Positions 37,111-46,310 are shown, counted from the stretch's first letter. The stretch: DNA of 64,000 nt from Alphaproteobacteria bacterium (GCA_963665325.3 OZ224045.1:992001-1056000), one strand, 5' to 3'. Translations and numbers: made by a program. Notes: generated from the sequence alone by a model not told the origin.

Positions 37111-37989
37111 TCAGGCCTCACCCGGTCCGGCGGCCTGCATGGCGGGGCCTGTGCAGCCGGCTTCGCGGCGCCTGCTGCAATAGTCGGTGTCCGAGCACAC
37201 GAACATGCGCCCGCCCCGGTCGTCGGTGACGATCTCGTCGAGGAAACTGTCGCCGGAACCGCAGAACGCGCACACATCCGCCCACTTCTGGACCTCGAAC
37301 GGGTGGTCGTCGAAGTCGAGGCTCCGCACCTCCGTGTGCGGGGGGATGGCGTAAATGCGCTTCTCGCGGCCCGCGCCGAACAGCTGCAGTGCCGGCGAGC
37401 GGTCCATCTTCGGATTGTCGAACTTGGGAATGGGCGAGGGCCGCATCAGGTAGCGGCCGTTCACGCGCACGGGATAGTCGTAGGAGGTGGCGATATGACC
37501 GAAATGCGCGATGTCCTCGTAGAGGCGGACATGCATAGGCCCGTATTCCTGCAGCGCGTGCATCTTGCGCGTTTCGGTCTCCCTCGGTTCGAGCCAGCGC
37601 AGCGGCTCGGGAATAGGCACCTGGTAGACGAGGATCTGGCCGGCCCCGAGCGGCGTTTCCGGTATCCGGTGCCGGGTCTGGACGATGGTGGCCGCCTCCG
37701 TGCGCTCCGTGGTCTCGACGCCTGCCGTCCGTGCGAAGAACTTGCGGATGCTGACCGCATTGACCGTGTCGTCGGCGCCCTGGTCGATCACCTTCAGCGT
37801 GTCGTCGGGCCCGATAATGCTGGCCGTGACCTGGATGCCGCCTGTGCCCCAGCCGAAGGGAAGCGGCATTTCACGGCTGCCGAAGGGCACCTGGTAGCCC
37901 GGAATGGCGACAGCCTTCAGGATCGCCCGGCGGATCATCCGCTTGGTCTGCTCGTCCAGATAGGCGAAATTGTAGCCGTCCTCGGCCAC
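37111..37989 (-). CDS. phnJ: alpha-D-ribose 1-methylphosphonate 5-phosphate C-P lyase (radical SAM)
   Basis: YNFAYLDEQTKR, PGYQVPF, CX2CX21C...SDTDYC. Confidence 0.98.
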   Translation of the reverse strand: MAEDGYNFAYLDEQTKRMIRRAILKAVAIPGYQVPFGSREMPLPFGWGTGGIQVTASIIGPDDTLKVIDQGADDTVNAVSIRKFFARTAGVETTERTEAATIVQTRHRIPETPLGAGQILVYQVPIPEPLRWLEPRETETRKMHALQEYGPMHVRLYEDIAHFGHIATSYDYPVRVNGRYLMRPSPIPKFDNPKMDRSPALQLFGAGREKRIYAIPPHTEVRSLDFDDHPFEVQKWADVCAFCGSGDSFLDEIVTDDRGGRMFVCSDTDYCSRRREAGCTGPAMQAAGPGEA

Positions 37990-37994
37990 CGCGC

Positions 37995-39104
37995 CTATTC
38001 CGCCGCCTCTGCGGGCGGGGCCTCGAACTCGGCCCGGAGCTTCCGCAGCAATTCGAGCTCGGACTGGAAATCCACGTAATGCGGCAGCTTCAGGTGCTGC
38101 ACGAAGCCGGACGCCTCGACATTGTCGCTGTGGTAGAGGACGAATTCCTCATCCTGCGCCGGGGCAACTGCCGCTTCGTCCAACTCGCGGCACCTGAGGG
38201 CGCGGTCCACCAGGGCCATGGACATGGCCTTGCGTTCCTGGTGGCCGAAGACGAGGCCGTAGCCGCGGGTGAATTGGGGCGGCGCCGCAGAGCTGCCCTT
38301 GAACTGGTTGACCATCTGCACTTCGGTCACTTCGATCTCGCCGATCTCGACGGCGAAGCCGAGCTCCTCCGGCATAATCTCGACCGCGACCGCGCCGTAA
38401 CGGATCTCTCCGGCGAAGGGATGGTTGTTGGAGAAGCCGCGCTGGCTCGAATAGCCAAGCGCGAGCAAGAACCCTTCGTCGCCACGCGCGAGCGCCTGGA
38501 GCCGGGCGTCGCGGTCCGCCGGAAATCTCAACGGTTCCCTCGTGATGTCCGCCGGCGGCGCCTCGGCGGTTTCCGGGGCGGCTTCCTCCTCAATCAGGCC
38601 TTCGCGGCCCAGCAGGTCCACGACGCGCGGGACCGCCTCGTCCGGCGGCGGGCCGCGGCCTTCCTCCGGCGCAGAGCCTTCGCCGCCGGACCCGCCCTCA
38701 CCGGCTAGCCGGAAATCCAGCAGGCGGTGCGTGTAGTCGTAGGTTGGGCCCAGGATCTGGCCGCCCGGAATATCCTTGAAGGTCGCGGAAATCCGGCGCT
38801 GGATCGCCATTTGTCCGGTATCGATGGGCTCGCTGTTGCCGAGGCGCGGCAGGGTCGTTCGATAGGCCCGCAGCAGGAAGACGGCTTCGATGAGGTCTCC
38901 CTGGGCCTGCTTGATCGCAAGGGCTGCGAGTTCCCGGTCGTAGAGCGAGCCTTCGGCCATAACCCGATCTACGGCGAGCGAAAGCTGCTCCGATATTTGC
39001 CGGGTTGAGAGTTCGGGCACGGAGGGATCGCCGCGCCGGGCGGAGTCCAGCAGGCTGTGCGATGCCTCGATCGCCTTCTCGCCGCCCTTGACCGCGACAT
39101 ACAT
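37995..39104 (-). CDS. phnI: C-P lyase complex subunit PhnI
   Basis: MYVAVKGGEKAI, GPTYDYTHRLLD, HLKLPHYVDFQ. Confidence 0.98.
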   Translation of the reverse strand: MYVAVKGGEKAIEASHSLLDSARRGDPSVPELSTRQISEQLSLAVDRVMAEGSLYDRELAALAIKQAQGDLIEAVFLLRAYRTTLPRLGNSEPIDTGQMAIQRRISATFKDIPGGQILGPTYDYTHRLLDFRLAGEGGSGGEGSAPEEGRGPPPDEAVPRVVDLLGREGLIEEEAAPETAEAPPADITREPLRFPADRDARLQALARGDEGFLLALGYSSQRGFSNNHPFAGEIRYGAVAVEIMPEELGFAVEIGEIEVTEVQMVNQFKGSSAAPPQFTRGYGLVFGHQERKAMSMALVDRALRCRELDEAAVAPAQDEEFVLYHSDNVEASGFVQHLKLPHYVDFQSELELLRKLRAEFEAPPAEAAE

Positions 39105-39105
39105 C

Positions 39106-39711
39106 TCAGAACCTCACCTGCGTGGAGCGCGGCACGGCCGCCAGGCTTGCGCCGGATGCGAACACGAGGTCCACGCCCTGGGGAAACAGCGGCTCAAGCT
39201 CCTGGCGCTGCTTCCAGAAACCTTCCGCGACTCCGGCCGGGCGGAAGTCCCGGCGCTCCTCGATTCCGGGGCCGCTGAGCGCGACCGCCTCCCCCGTTTC
39301 GAGTGATGCGACCTGCGCGATGAGGGTGGCGCTCTCGTCCGGGTAGGCTTCCGAGCCGAGCTGGAAGCCGGCAAGGGCGGGCATTGCAGCCGGAGCGGCC
39401 AGAACGGCGAACCGCGCGGCTCCGGCGTCTGCGGCCAGGGGACAGCCGCAATGGAAGCGGAGCCATGCCCGCACCTCGTCGCTATCGGCTGCAGTGTCCA
39501 GCCAGACCGGTGTCTCGAAGTCCAGCAGGGTCAGACATGCCGCGGCAGTCGCCGGGTCCAGCGGCGCCGGCGGGGCCAGTTCGACCGCGATGTCGTGCAC
39601 GGAACCGGGCTCCGACATCGCCGCAAGCACACGGCGAAACACCTGCTGGCTGTCCCGGACCGGCGAGCCGAACCCGGGTTGGAGGGTTGCGCCATTGCTT
39701 CGCGCCGACAC
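39106..39711 (-). CDS. phnH: C-P lyase complex subunit PhnH
   Basis: QQVFRRVL.AMSEPG, LTLLDFETPVWL, LRFHCGCP, YPDESAT, PRST; start uncertain. Confidence 0.93.
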   Translation of the reverse strand: MSARSNGATLQPGFGSPVRDSQQVFRRVLAAMSEPGSVHDIAVELAPPAPLDPATAAACLTLLDFETPVWLDTAADSDEVRAWLRFHCGCPLAADAGAARFAVLAAPAAMPALAGFQLGSEAYPDESATLIAQVASLETGEAVALSGPGIEERRDFRPAGVAEGFWKQRQELEPLFPQGVDLVFASGASLAAVPRSTQVRF

Positions 39712-39715
39712 GGGG

Positions 39716-40183
39716 TCAGCCCCGTTCCCGCACCATGGCGAAAAACTCGACCCGCGACCGGTCGGCATTTGCGCGGCTCTCTTCTCGCCGGGCCTGCTGG
39801 GCCGATTCCAGCGGCGTGACCACTGCCTCGTCGAGTTCCTCGCGCCGCCCGGGCTGCTGGAGCAGCGCGTCGAACGCCGCTGCCAATTCGGCATGGCGGG
39901 CGCTGCGTCCCGCGACATAGGCGATTCCGACCTCGCCGCCTTCCAGCTGGACGGCGCAGCGCGTCGCGCTCATCTCGCCCATATTGAAGGCGCTTCCCGT
40001 TCCGCCCGCGCGCCCGCGAACCATGACCAGGCCGGTCTCGGGCGGTCGGAGGAGCCGGTATTCGGGCTTGTCCGCAAGGTCGGCCCAAGCGGCTTCCAGC
40101 GCGCCGTCTTCCGCCCTGGCCAGAATGCCCATCCATCGCTGCCGCGCCGCAATCTGCGGGTCTGTCCCGGTCGAGGTCGGCAT
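39716..40183 (-). CDS. phnG: C-P lyase complex subunit PhnG
   Basis: RQRWMGILA, PETGLVMVRGRAGG, FNMGE, RVEFFAMVR; start uncertain (40183/40216). Confidence 0.94.
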   Translation of the reverse strand: MPTSTGTDPQIAARQRWMGILARAEDGALEAAWADLADKPEYRLLRPPETGLVMVRGRAGGTGSAFNMGEMSATRCAVQLEGGEVGIAYVAGRSARHAELAAAFDALLQQPGRREELDEAVVTPLESAQQARREESRANADRSRVEFFAMVRERG

Positions 40184-40230
40184 GGTGCCCGCCGCTCCAG
40201 CTTGCCCGGCGCTCATAAGAGCATAGCCCG

Positions 40231-40248
40231 GTGACACTCTTGTGACTC
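40231..40248 (-). promoter_or_regulatory. Pho-box-like PhoB site upstream of phnG
   Basis: minus strand GAGTCAC-AAGA-GTGTCAC: two GTCAC half-sites 11 bp apart, resembling CTGTCAT-N4-CTGTCAT; TTGACA on minus strand at 40272-40277. Confidence 0.55.
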
Positions 40249-40333
40249 GGTTAGCCGGCGTTCTCCCGCCTTGTCAAGGCAGCGGCGGCGCACTCCGTCC
40301 CGATCGGGTCGGGTATAACCGTCGGGCCAGCCG

Positions 40334-41353
40334 CTATTCCGGTCGGCGGGCATGGATGAGGCGGGTCATGCCCGGCACCATTTCCTCGTCGTGGGGGACG
40401 GCGAAGCCAATTTCGACCATGCGGCTCTTCAGCCAGCCGGGCGTCACCGAGCGCGCCTCAGGCGTGAAGGCCATATGCTGCAATTGCCAGAGCGCCGCCA
40501 TCGGCGGGCCGGTGCGGTCGTCCTCCACCATGAAATCGTGAACGATGAAATGGCCGCCGGGCGACAGGCAGTCGTAAGCCTGCTGCACCAGCCGGGGCAG
40601 TTCGGAACCCGGGACGCCGCTGAACAGGTAGGACATCAGGATCGCGTCCTGCTCGGTCGGCCAGTCAACGGCCAGTGCATCGCCCGGGATATAGCGCACC
40701 CGGTCCACCATCCCGGCCTCGGTAATGAAACGCCAGCCGATCTCGGCGACATTGGGGAAGTCGATTATGGTCGAGACCAGTTCGGGGAAGGTCTCCAGCA
40801 GCCGGATGGACATGGCTCCTGTGCCGCCGCCGATATCCAGCAGGTTGTGGCAGCCGGAGAGATCGATCAGCCGCGCCAGCGTGCGGCCCGGCCCCAGCGA
40901 ACCCGCATGCTGTGCCTCGCTGTAGAGCGTCGCCTGCTCAGGGTCCGACATCCAATGCTGGTAGCTGTCCACCGCCTCCGGGTTGAGGGAGCCGTCCATC
41001 ACCTCGTTCAACTGGGTGAGGAAGGGGTACATCTGTCGGTCGATCTGGTAGCGCAGGTAATCGCCGAAGTCGTAGCGCGCGCCGCGCACCAGGAAGGCCG
41101 TCGCGCCCGGCGCGTTGAAATAGCTCTCCTCCTCGCGGTCCACCAGGCCGATCGCGGTCAGCGCCGTCATCAGCGTGGTGATCCGGTTGACGGGAACGCT
41201 CGTCTTCGCAGCGAGCGCGCCCGCCGTCTTGGGGCCGTCGGCAAGCTGGGAGAAGATATCGACGTGCAGCGCCGCGAAGAGCGCCTTGGAAGCCATGAAC
41301 CCGAAAGCTAGTTTCGATACATCTTCGGCCGTTTCGACCAATTGCTCCGTCAC
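40334..41353 (-). CDS. dsyB: DsyB-like SAM-dependent MTHB S-methyltransferase (DMSP biosynthesis)
   Basis: AFGFMASKALFAAL, YDFGDYLR.Q.DRQMYP, QHAGSLGP, LLDIGGGTG, QDAILMSYLFSGV, AALWQLQH.AFTP, PGMT match recalled DsyB blocks along the whole length. Confidence 0.85.
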   Translation of the reverse strand: MTEQLVETAEDVSKLAFGFMASKALFAALHVDIFSQLADGPKTAGALAAKTSVPVNRITTLMTALTAIGLVDREEESYFNAPGATAFLVRGARYDFGDYLRYQIDRQMYPFLTQLNEVMDGSLNPEAVDSYQHWMSDPEQATLYSEAQHAGSLGPGRTLARLIDLSGCHNLLDIGGGTGAMSIRLLETFPELVSTIIDFPNVAEIGWRFITEAGMVDRVRYIPGDALAVDWPTEQDAILMSYLFSGVPGSELPRLVQQAYDCLSPGGHFIVHDFMVEDDRTGPPMAALWQLQHMAFTPEARSVTPGWLKSRMVEIGFAVPHDEEMVPGMTRLIHARRPE

Positions 41354-41485
41354 CGGAAAAACTCCTCAAATCGCGATAGGGCTGAGTCCGCAAATCCTTG
41401 CATATGCACGATGAATTTTCAACGATGCGAATACTTGACATTGTATTGATTGATTTATCCCCTATTTAGTTACGATGAATTGTTT

Positions 41486-42532
41486 TTACTGTATTGCTGG
41501 CATTTTGTCGGTAAAGGATGGTTTTATACTTTGCCGGACAGCGGCGGCGTGAGTGCGAAACAGGGCCGCCGCCAGCAATAGCACCGCGCCCAACTGGTGA
41601 AGGGCGGCCAGGCTGAGCGGCACGACGGCAAGCAGCGTCGCGAGGCCGAGGCCTGCCTGGAGCGAGACAGCCGCCAGAAGCAGATGCTCCGCCACGGGCG
41701 CGCGCGGACCGCCCGCCCGCAGCCACGCCGCAACCACCGCGAACAGGGCAGCGACCGCCAGCCAGCGGTGATGGAACTGGACCGCCGCCGGGTTCTCCAG
41801 CGCGTCGGCGGCCCAGCTCGGACCGCTGCGGTAGTCTGCGGGCAGGAGCGCGCCGTCCATCAGCGGGAAGCTGTTGTAGATGAGGCCGCCATTGTTGCCG
41901 GCCACCAGCGCGCCGCTGACGATTGCGACGGCAATCAGGCCGAGCAGCAGCCATGACGAGAGAGAGCGCCGACCCTCCTGCGGGCGGATGCGGTCGAGCA
42001 GCGTCCAGACGAGAAGGGCGAAGATGACGAGCGCCATGCCGAGATGCACCGCGAGCCTTACCGCGCTCACGTCCGGCCGGTCGGACAGCCCGCTCCGTAC
42101 CATCCACCAGCCGATCAGCCCCTGCAGGCCGCCGAGGGCCAGCAGCAGCAGCAGACGGAGGCGCAGCCGCCGGTCGATCCGGCCCCGCAGCCAGAACCAG
42201 GCGAGCGGAACCGCGAAGAACACACCCAGCAGCCGCCCCCAGAGGCGGTGGACATATTCCCACCAGAAGATTTGCCGGAAGCCCTCGAGGTCGATGGAGA
42301 AGTTGACCTGGCGGAACTCGGGCGTCTCGCGGTAGAGGGCGAACACCCTTTGCCACTCCGCCTCGGAAAGCGGCGGCAGCCAGCCGATCAGCGGGCGCCA
42401 TTCCACCATCGACAGCCCGGACTCGGTGAGCCTCGTGATGCCGCCGATCGAAACCATCGCGGCCACGGCGCACGCCATGCAGAGGAGCCAGACGGTCACG
42501 GCGCGGCACGGGGTCGCTTGCCGGTCGAACAT
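41486..42532 (-). CDS. ctaA: heme A synthase COX15/CtaA
   Basis: GGITRLTESGLSM, WWEYVHRLWGR, QGLIGWWMV, QFHHR, LHQ. Confidence 0.93.
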   Translation of the reverse strand: MFDRQATPCRAVTVWLLCMACAVAAMVSIGGITRLTESGLSMVEWRPLIGWLPPLSEAEWQRVFALYRETPEFRQVNFSIDLEGFRQIFWWEYVHRLWGRLLGVFFAVPLAWFWLRGRIDRRLRLRLLLLLALGGLQGLIGWWMVRSGLSDRPDVSAVRLAVHLGMALVIFALLVWTLLDRIRPQEGRRSLSSWLLLGLIAVAIVSGALVAGNNGGLIYNSFPLMDGALLPADYRSGPSWAADALENPAAVQFHHRWLAVAALFAVVAAWLRAGGPRAPVAEHLLLAAVSLQAGLGLATLLAVVPLSLAALHQLGAVLLLAAALFRTHAAAVRQSIKPSFTDKMPAIQ

Positions 42533-42609
42533 GGAACGCCTAGTTAGAGAGCCTCGCCGCGCCCGGCAATACCGGGCGGACCCTGTCGCGCCAGGTGATC
42601 TTTCATCCC

Positions 42610-45600
42610 ATGACCGAACTCGCGCTAGCCGACGGTTTCCTCTTCGAGGACCTCTATTGCCGGGACGGGCTGCTGCGGCTGGACGCGTTGTTTCTGGCGA
42701 GCCTCGACGGGCCGCTCCGGGCGGACCTCGAAGCCGCGCGCATGTCGCTGGATGCGCTGGAGCCGAAGGCGGAATCGGAGCTGGTGCTGGCGCTGGCGCC
42801 CGGGCTGGAGGGCTTTCTCGCCCGCCTGTTCGGGATCGAGGCGGAAGCGGCGGCGTTGTCCGGGAGCCATACGGCGCTGGCGCCCGTCTATCGCTGCAAG
42901 CGGCTGTTCGTGCAGCGCCGCGCCGCCCGGGCGGTCAAGCCCGCTGAAGCCGCGGACCTCGACGGTGGGGCGGTCGAGGCGGCGCTGGCGGCCCATATGC
43001 CGGTGCCGGTGGAGGAAGAGGCGTTTTCCGCGGCCGTGCTCGGCTGGCTCGCCGACGAGGCGAACTCGGGCGAGGCGCTGGCGGCGGCGGCGCACTATGC
43101 GGCCTGGGCGCTCCACCATCCGGAGGGGCGGGCGCGGCACGCGGGCGGCGTGCTGTTCAAGCAGCCCGCCCGCGTCGATCCGCTGCGGCTCATCGATACC
43201 GAGGTCAGGGCGGAAAACGGTGCAGACGGGCTGGAACTGCCGCGGACGCGGCTGCGCCGGCGCGAGGGCTTTGCGCTGACCGATGACGGCATGGACCTGA
43301 AGGCGGCGCTCGACCAGGCGCATTACTGCATCTTCTGCCACAACCAGGGCAAGGACAGTTGCGCGCGCGGGCTGCGCGACCGCCGCACAGGCGCCTTCGG
43401 CAAGACGATGTTCGGTGTGGAGCTCGCCGGTTGCCCGCTGGAGGAGAAGGTCTCCGAGATGCAGCTCCTCAAGACCGACGGCTGGGCTCTGGGCGCCCTC
43501 GCGACGGTGTGCATCGACAACCCGCTTTGCGCCGCCACCGGACACCGCATCTGCAATGACTGCATGAAGTCCTGCATCTACCAGAAGCAGGAGCCGGTCG
43601 ATATTCCGCAGGTCGAGACGCGCGTGCTGAAGGATGTGCTGGACCTGCCCTGGGGCTTCGAGATTTACAGCCTGCTGACGCGCTGGAATCCGTTGAATTT
43701 CGCGCGCCCGCTCCCCTTGCCGGAGACCGGCCGGCAGGTGCTCGTCGTCGGCCTCGGTCCCGCGGGCTTCAGCCTCGCTCACCACCTGATGAATGACGGG
43801 CACCGGGTCGTGGCGGTGGACGGGTTGAAGATCGAGCCGGTTCCGGCTGCGCAGTCGGGCGTGGACGAGACGGGCGGGCGGCAGGATTTTCGGCCCGTGC
43901 GCGACATGGCCGAGATTCGCGAAGACCTGTCCGAACGGGTGATGGCCGGCTTCGGCGGCGTGGCCGAATACGGCATCACGGTGCGCTGGGACAAGAACTT
44001 CCTCAAGCTGGTCCGCCTGCTGCTGGAGCGGCGCTCTGCCTTCACCATGGTCGGCGGCGTGCGCTTCGGCGGCACGCTCGGCCTCGACGAGGCGTTCGAG
44101 TGGGGCTTCGACCATGTAGCGATGGCGGCAGGCGCGGGCCGGCCGACCCATGTGCCGATGCCGAATGCGCTCGCGCCGGGTGTGCGCATGGCGTCCGACT
44201 TCCTGATGGCGCTGCAGCTCACGGGCGCCGCGCGGACCGACAGCATCGCCAACCTCCAGATACGCCTGCCGGCCGTGGTGGTGGGCGGCGGGCTGACCGC
44301 CATCGACACCGCGACCGAGTCCCTCGCCTATTACCCGGTGCAGGTCGAGAAGTTCCTGGCGCGCTACGAGGCGCTCGGGGGCCGGGTCGCCTGGACCGAG
44401 GACGAGGCGGACGTTGCGGAGGTGTTCCTCGCCCATGCCCGCGCGCTCAGGGCGGAACGGGCGCGGGCGGCGGCAGCCGGCGAGGCGCCGCGCATCCTGG
44501 AATTGCTGCGGTCCTGGGGCGGCGTGACCATTGCCTACCGGCGCCGGCTGATCGACGCGCCCTGCTACACGCTGAACCATGAGGAGGTGGCAAAGGCGCT
44601 GGAAGAGGGCATCCGCTTTGCGGAATGCCTGTCGCCGCTGGCCGTGGAGGTGGACGACCGGGGCCGGGCGGCGGCGCTGCGCCTGGAACGGGTGGAAATC
44701 GACGACCGGGGCCGGCGGCGCGCGCTGGGCGACGGTGAGACGGTCTCCCTGCCGGCGCGCAGCGTGCTTGTCGCGGCCGGCACCCAGCCCAACACGGTGC
44801 TGGGGCGCGAGAGCGCCGGCATCGCGCTCGACGGGCGGTATTTTCAGGCCGTGGACGGCGATGGCGAGCCGGTCGTCCCGGAGCCGACGGCGAAACCGGA
44901 GGCGCCGGCCGTGCTGATGCAGCGTCGTGAGGATGGACGTGCCGTCAGTTTCTTCGGCGACCTGCACCCGTCCTTCGCCGGCAATGTCGTCAAGGCGATG
45001 GGCGGCGTGAAGCAGGCCTATCCACTGGTGAGCCTGCTGCTGGCCGAGAGCCCGCCGGCGACGGAGGATGACCTCGCGGACCGGGCCAACCGCGAGCTGC
45101 GCGCGCGCGTCCATGAGGTCGTGCGACTCACGCCCAAGATCGTCGAGGTCGTTGTCGAGGCACCGGCTGCGGCGCGGGCCTTCCGGCCGGGACAATTCTA
45201 CCGGCTCCAAAACTTCGAGAGCCGGTCCTTGCGCCGGTACGGGACCGTGCTCGCCATGGAGGGGCTGGCAATGACCGGCGCTTGGGTGGACCGGAAGCGC
45301 GGCCTGCTCTCCACGATCATCCTGGAGATGGGCGGATCCTCCGACCTCGCGGCGGCCCTGCAGCCCGGCGAGCCGGTCGTGCTGATGGGGCCGACCGGTT
45401 CTCCGACCGAAATCCCGAAAGGCGAGACGGTGCTGCTCGCGGGCGGCGGCCTCGGCAATGCGGTGCTGTTCTCCATTGGCCGGGCCCTGCGCGAGGCGGG
45501 CAACCGCGTGCTCTATTTCGCCGGCTACAAGGAGGTCGGCGACCGCTACAAGACCGCGGAGATAGAAGCGGCCGCCGATGTCGTGGTCTGGTGCTGCGAC

Positions 45601-46053
45601 GAGGCGCCGGGTTTCGTCCCCGCCCGCCCGCAGGACTTCGCCTGGACCGGCAATATCGTGGAGGCGATGGCGACCTATGGCGAGGGCCGGATGGGCGCAC
45701 CGCCGATCCCGCTCGGCGAGGTGGACCGCATCCTCGCCATCGGCTCCGACGGCATGATGGCGGCGGTCGATGCCGCACGGCGCGGCGTCCTCGGGACCCT
45801 GCTGAAGCCGGGGCACAGGGCCATCGGATCGATCAACTCGCCGATGCAATGCATGATGAAGGAGATCTGCGCGCAATGCCTCCAGCTCCACCGCGACCCG
45901 GAGACCGGCGAGGAGCGCGTCGTCTATTCCTGCTTCAACCAGGACCAGCCGCTCGATCTCGTGGACTTCCCGACCCTGCGCGGGCGGCTTTCGCAGAACG
46001 GCGCCCAGGAGAAACTGACCGCCGCCTGGATTGCGCACTGCCTCCAGGCCTGA
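42610..46053 (+). CDS. large Fe-S flavoprotein: GltD/NfnB-like module fused to C-terminal PyrK/NfnA-like FAD/NAD-binding Fe-S module
   Basis: CIFCH...C...GCP and TGHRICNDCMKSC; VVGLGPAG; GGGLTAID; FRPGQF, MGPTG, GGGLGNA, SINSPMQCMMKEICAQC. Confidence 0.85.
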   Translation: MTELALADGFLFEDLYCRDGLLRLDALFLASLDGPLRADLEAARMSLDALEPKAESELVLALAPGLEGFLARLFGIEAEAAALSGSHTALAPVYRCKRLFVQRRAARAVKPAEAADLDGGAVEAALAAHMPVPVEEEAFSAAVLGWLADEANSGEALAAAAHYAAWALHHPEGRARHAGGVLFKQPARVDPLRLIDTEVRAENGADGLELPRTRLRRREGFALTDDGMDLKAALDQAHYCIFCHNQGKDSCARGLRDRRTGAFGKTMFGVELAGCPLEEKVSEMQLLKTDGWALGALATVCIDNPLCAATGHRICNDCMKSCIYQKQEPVDIPQVETRVLKDVLDLPWGFEIYSLLTRWNPLNFARPLPLPETGRQVLVVGLGPAGFSLAHHLMNDGHRVVAVDGLKIEPVPAAQSGVDETGGRQDFRPVRDMAEIREDLSERVMAGFGGVAEYGITVRWDKNFLKLVRLLLERRSAFTMVGGVRFGGTLGLDEAFEWGFDHVAMAAGAGRPTHVPMPNALAPGVRMASDFLMALQLTGAARTDSIANLQIRLPAVVVGGGLTAIDTATESLAYYPVQVEKFLARYEALGGRVAWTEDEADVAEVFLAHARALRAERARAAAAGEAPRILELLRSWGGVTIAYRRRLIDAPCYTLNHEEVAKALEEGIRFAECLSPLAVEVDDRGRAAALRLERVEIDDRGRRRALGDGETVSLPARSVLVAAGTQPNTVLGRESAGIALDGRYFQAVDGDGEPVVPEPTAKPEAPAVLMQRREDGRAVSFFGDLHPSFAGNVVKAMGGVKQAYPLVSLLLAESPPATEDDLADRANRELRARVHEVVRLTPKIVEVVVEAPAAARAFRPGQFYRLQNFESRSLRRYGTVLAMEGLAMTGAWVDRKRGLLSTIILEMGGSSDLAAALQPGEPVVLMGPTGSPTEIPKGETVLLAGGGLGNAVLFSIGRALREAGNRVLYFAGYKEVGDRYKTAEIEAAADVVVWCCDEAPGFVPARPQDFAWTGNIVEAMATYGEGRMGAPPIPLGEVDRILAIGSDGMMAAVDAARRGVLGTLLKPGHRAIGSINSPMQCMMKEICAQCLQLHRDPETGEERVVYSCFNQDQPLDLVDFPTLRGRLSQNGAQEKLTAAWIAHCLQA

Positions 46054-46191
46054 GCGCGGGTCGCGCCCGCCGATGCGACATCCGGTCCTGAGAATGCGGC
46101 GCCGCTCGGCGCTCCGACCATATACTTGCCTGTAATAACAAGACAAATTGGCCGGATGCGGGCCCGCAGCGCCACATTCCGGCCAGCGCTG

Positions 46192-46218
46192 TTAGCATTC
46201 ATTGTCTACGAGTGCTAA
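46192..46218. promoter_or_regulatory. CIRCE element (HrcA operator)
   Basis: TTAGCATTC-N9-GAGTGCTAA, 1 mismatch to TTAGCACTC-N9-GAGTGCTAA, upstream of groES. Confidence 0.9.
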
Positions 46219-46225
46219 GTTTTTC

Positions 46226-46254
46226 CTTGAACTTTGGCGGGGCGGTCCTTATCT
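46226..46254 (+). promoter_or_regulatory. RpoH (sigma32) promoter of groESL
   Basis: CTTGAA-N15-CCTTATCT. Confidence 0.7.
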
Positions 46255-46310
46255 GCCCGGCAACCCCGTTGAGGGGGCCGTTTCAAATGAATCCAGCAGG
46301 GAGGCAAGGC

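Noticed and set aside
42625-46146. 1173-aa minus-strand ORF (likewise 905..3064, 4065..6200, 19710..21374, 27067..28770)
   Set aside because: Antisense shadows of real high-GC genes; no recognisable motifs.
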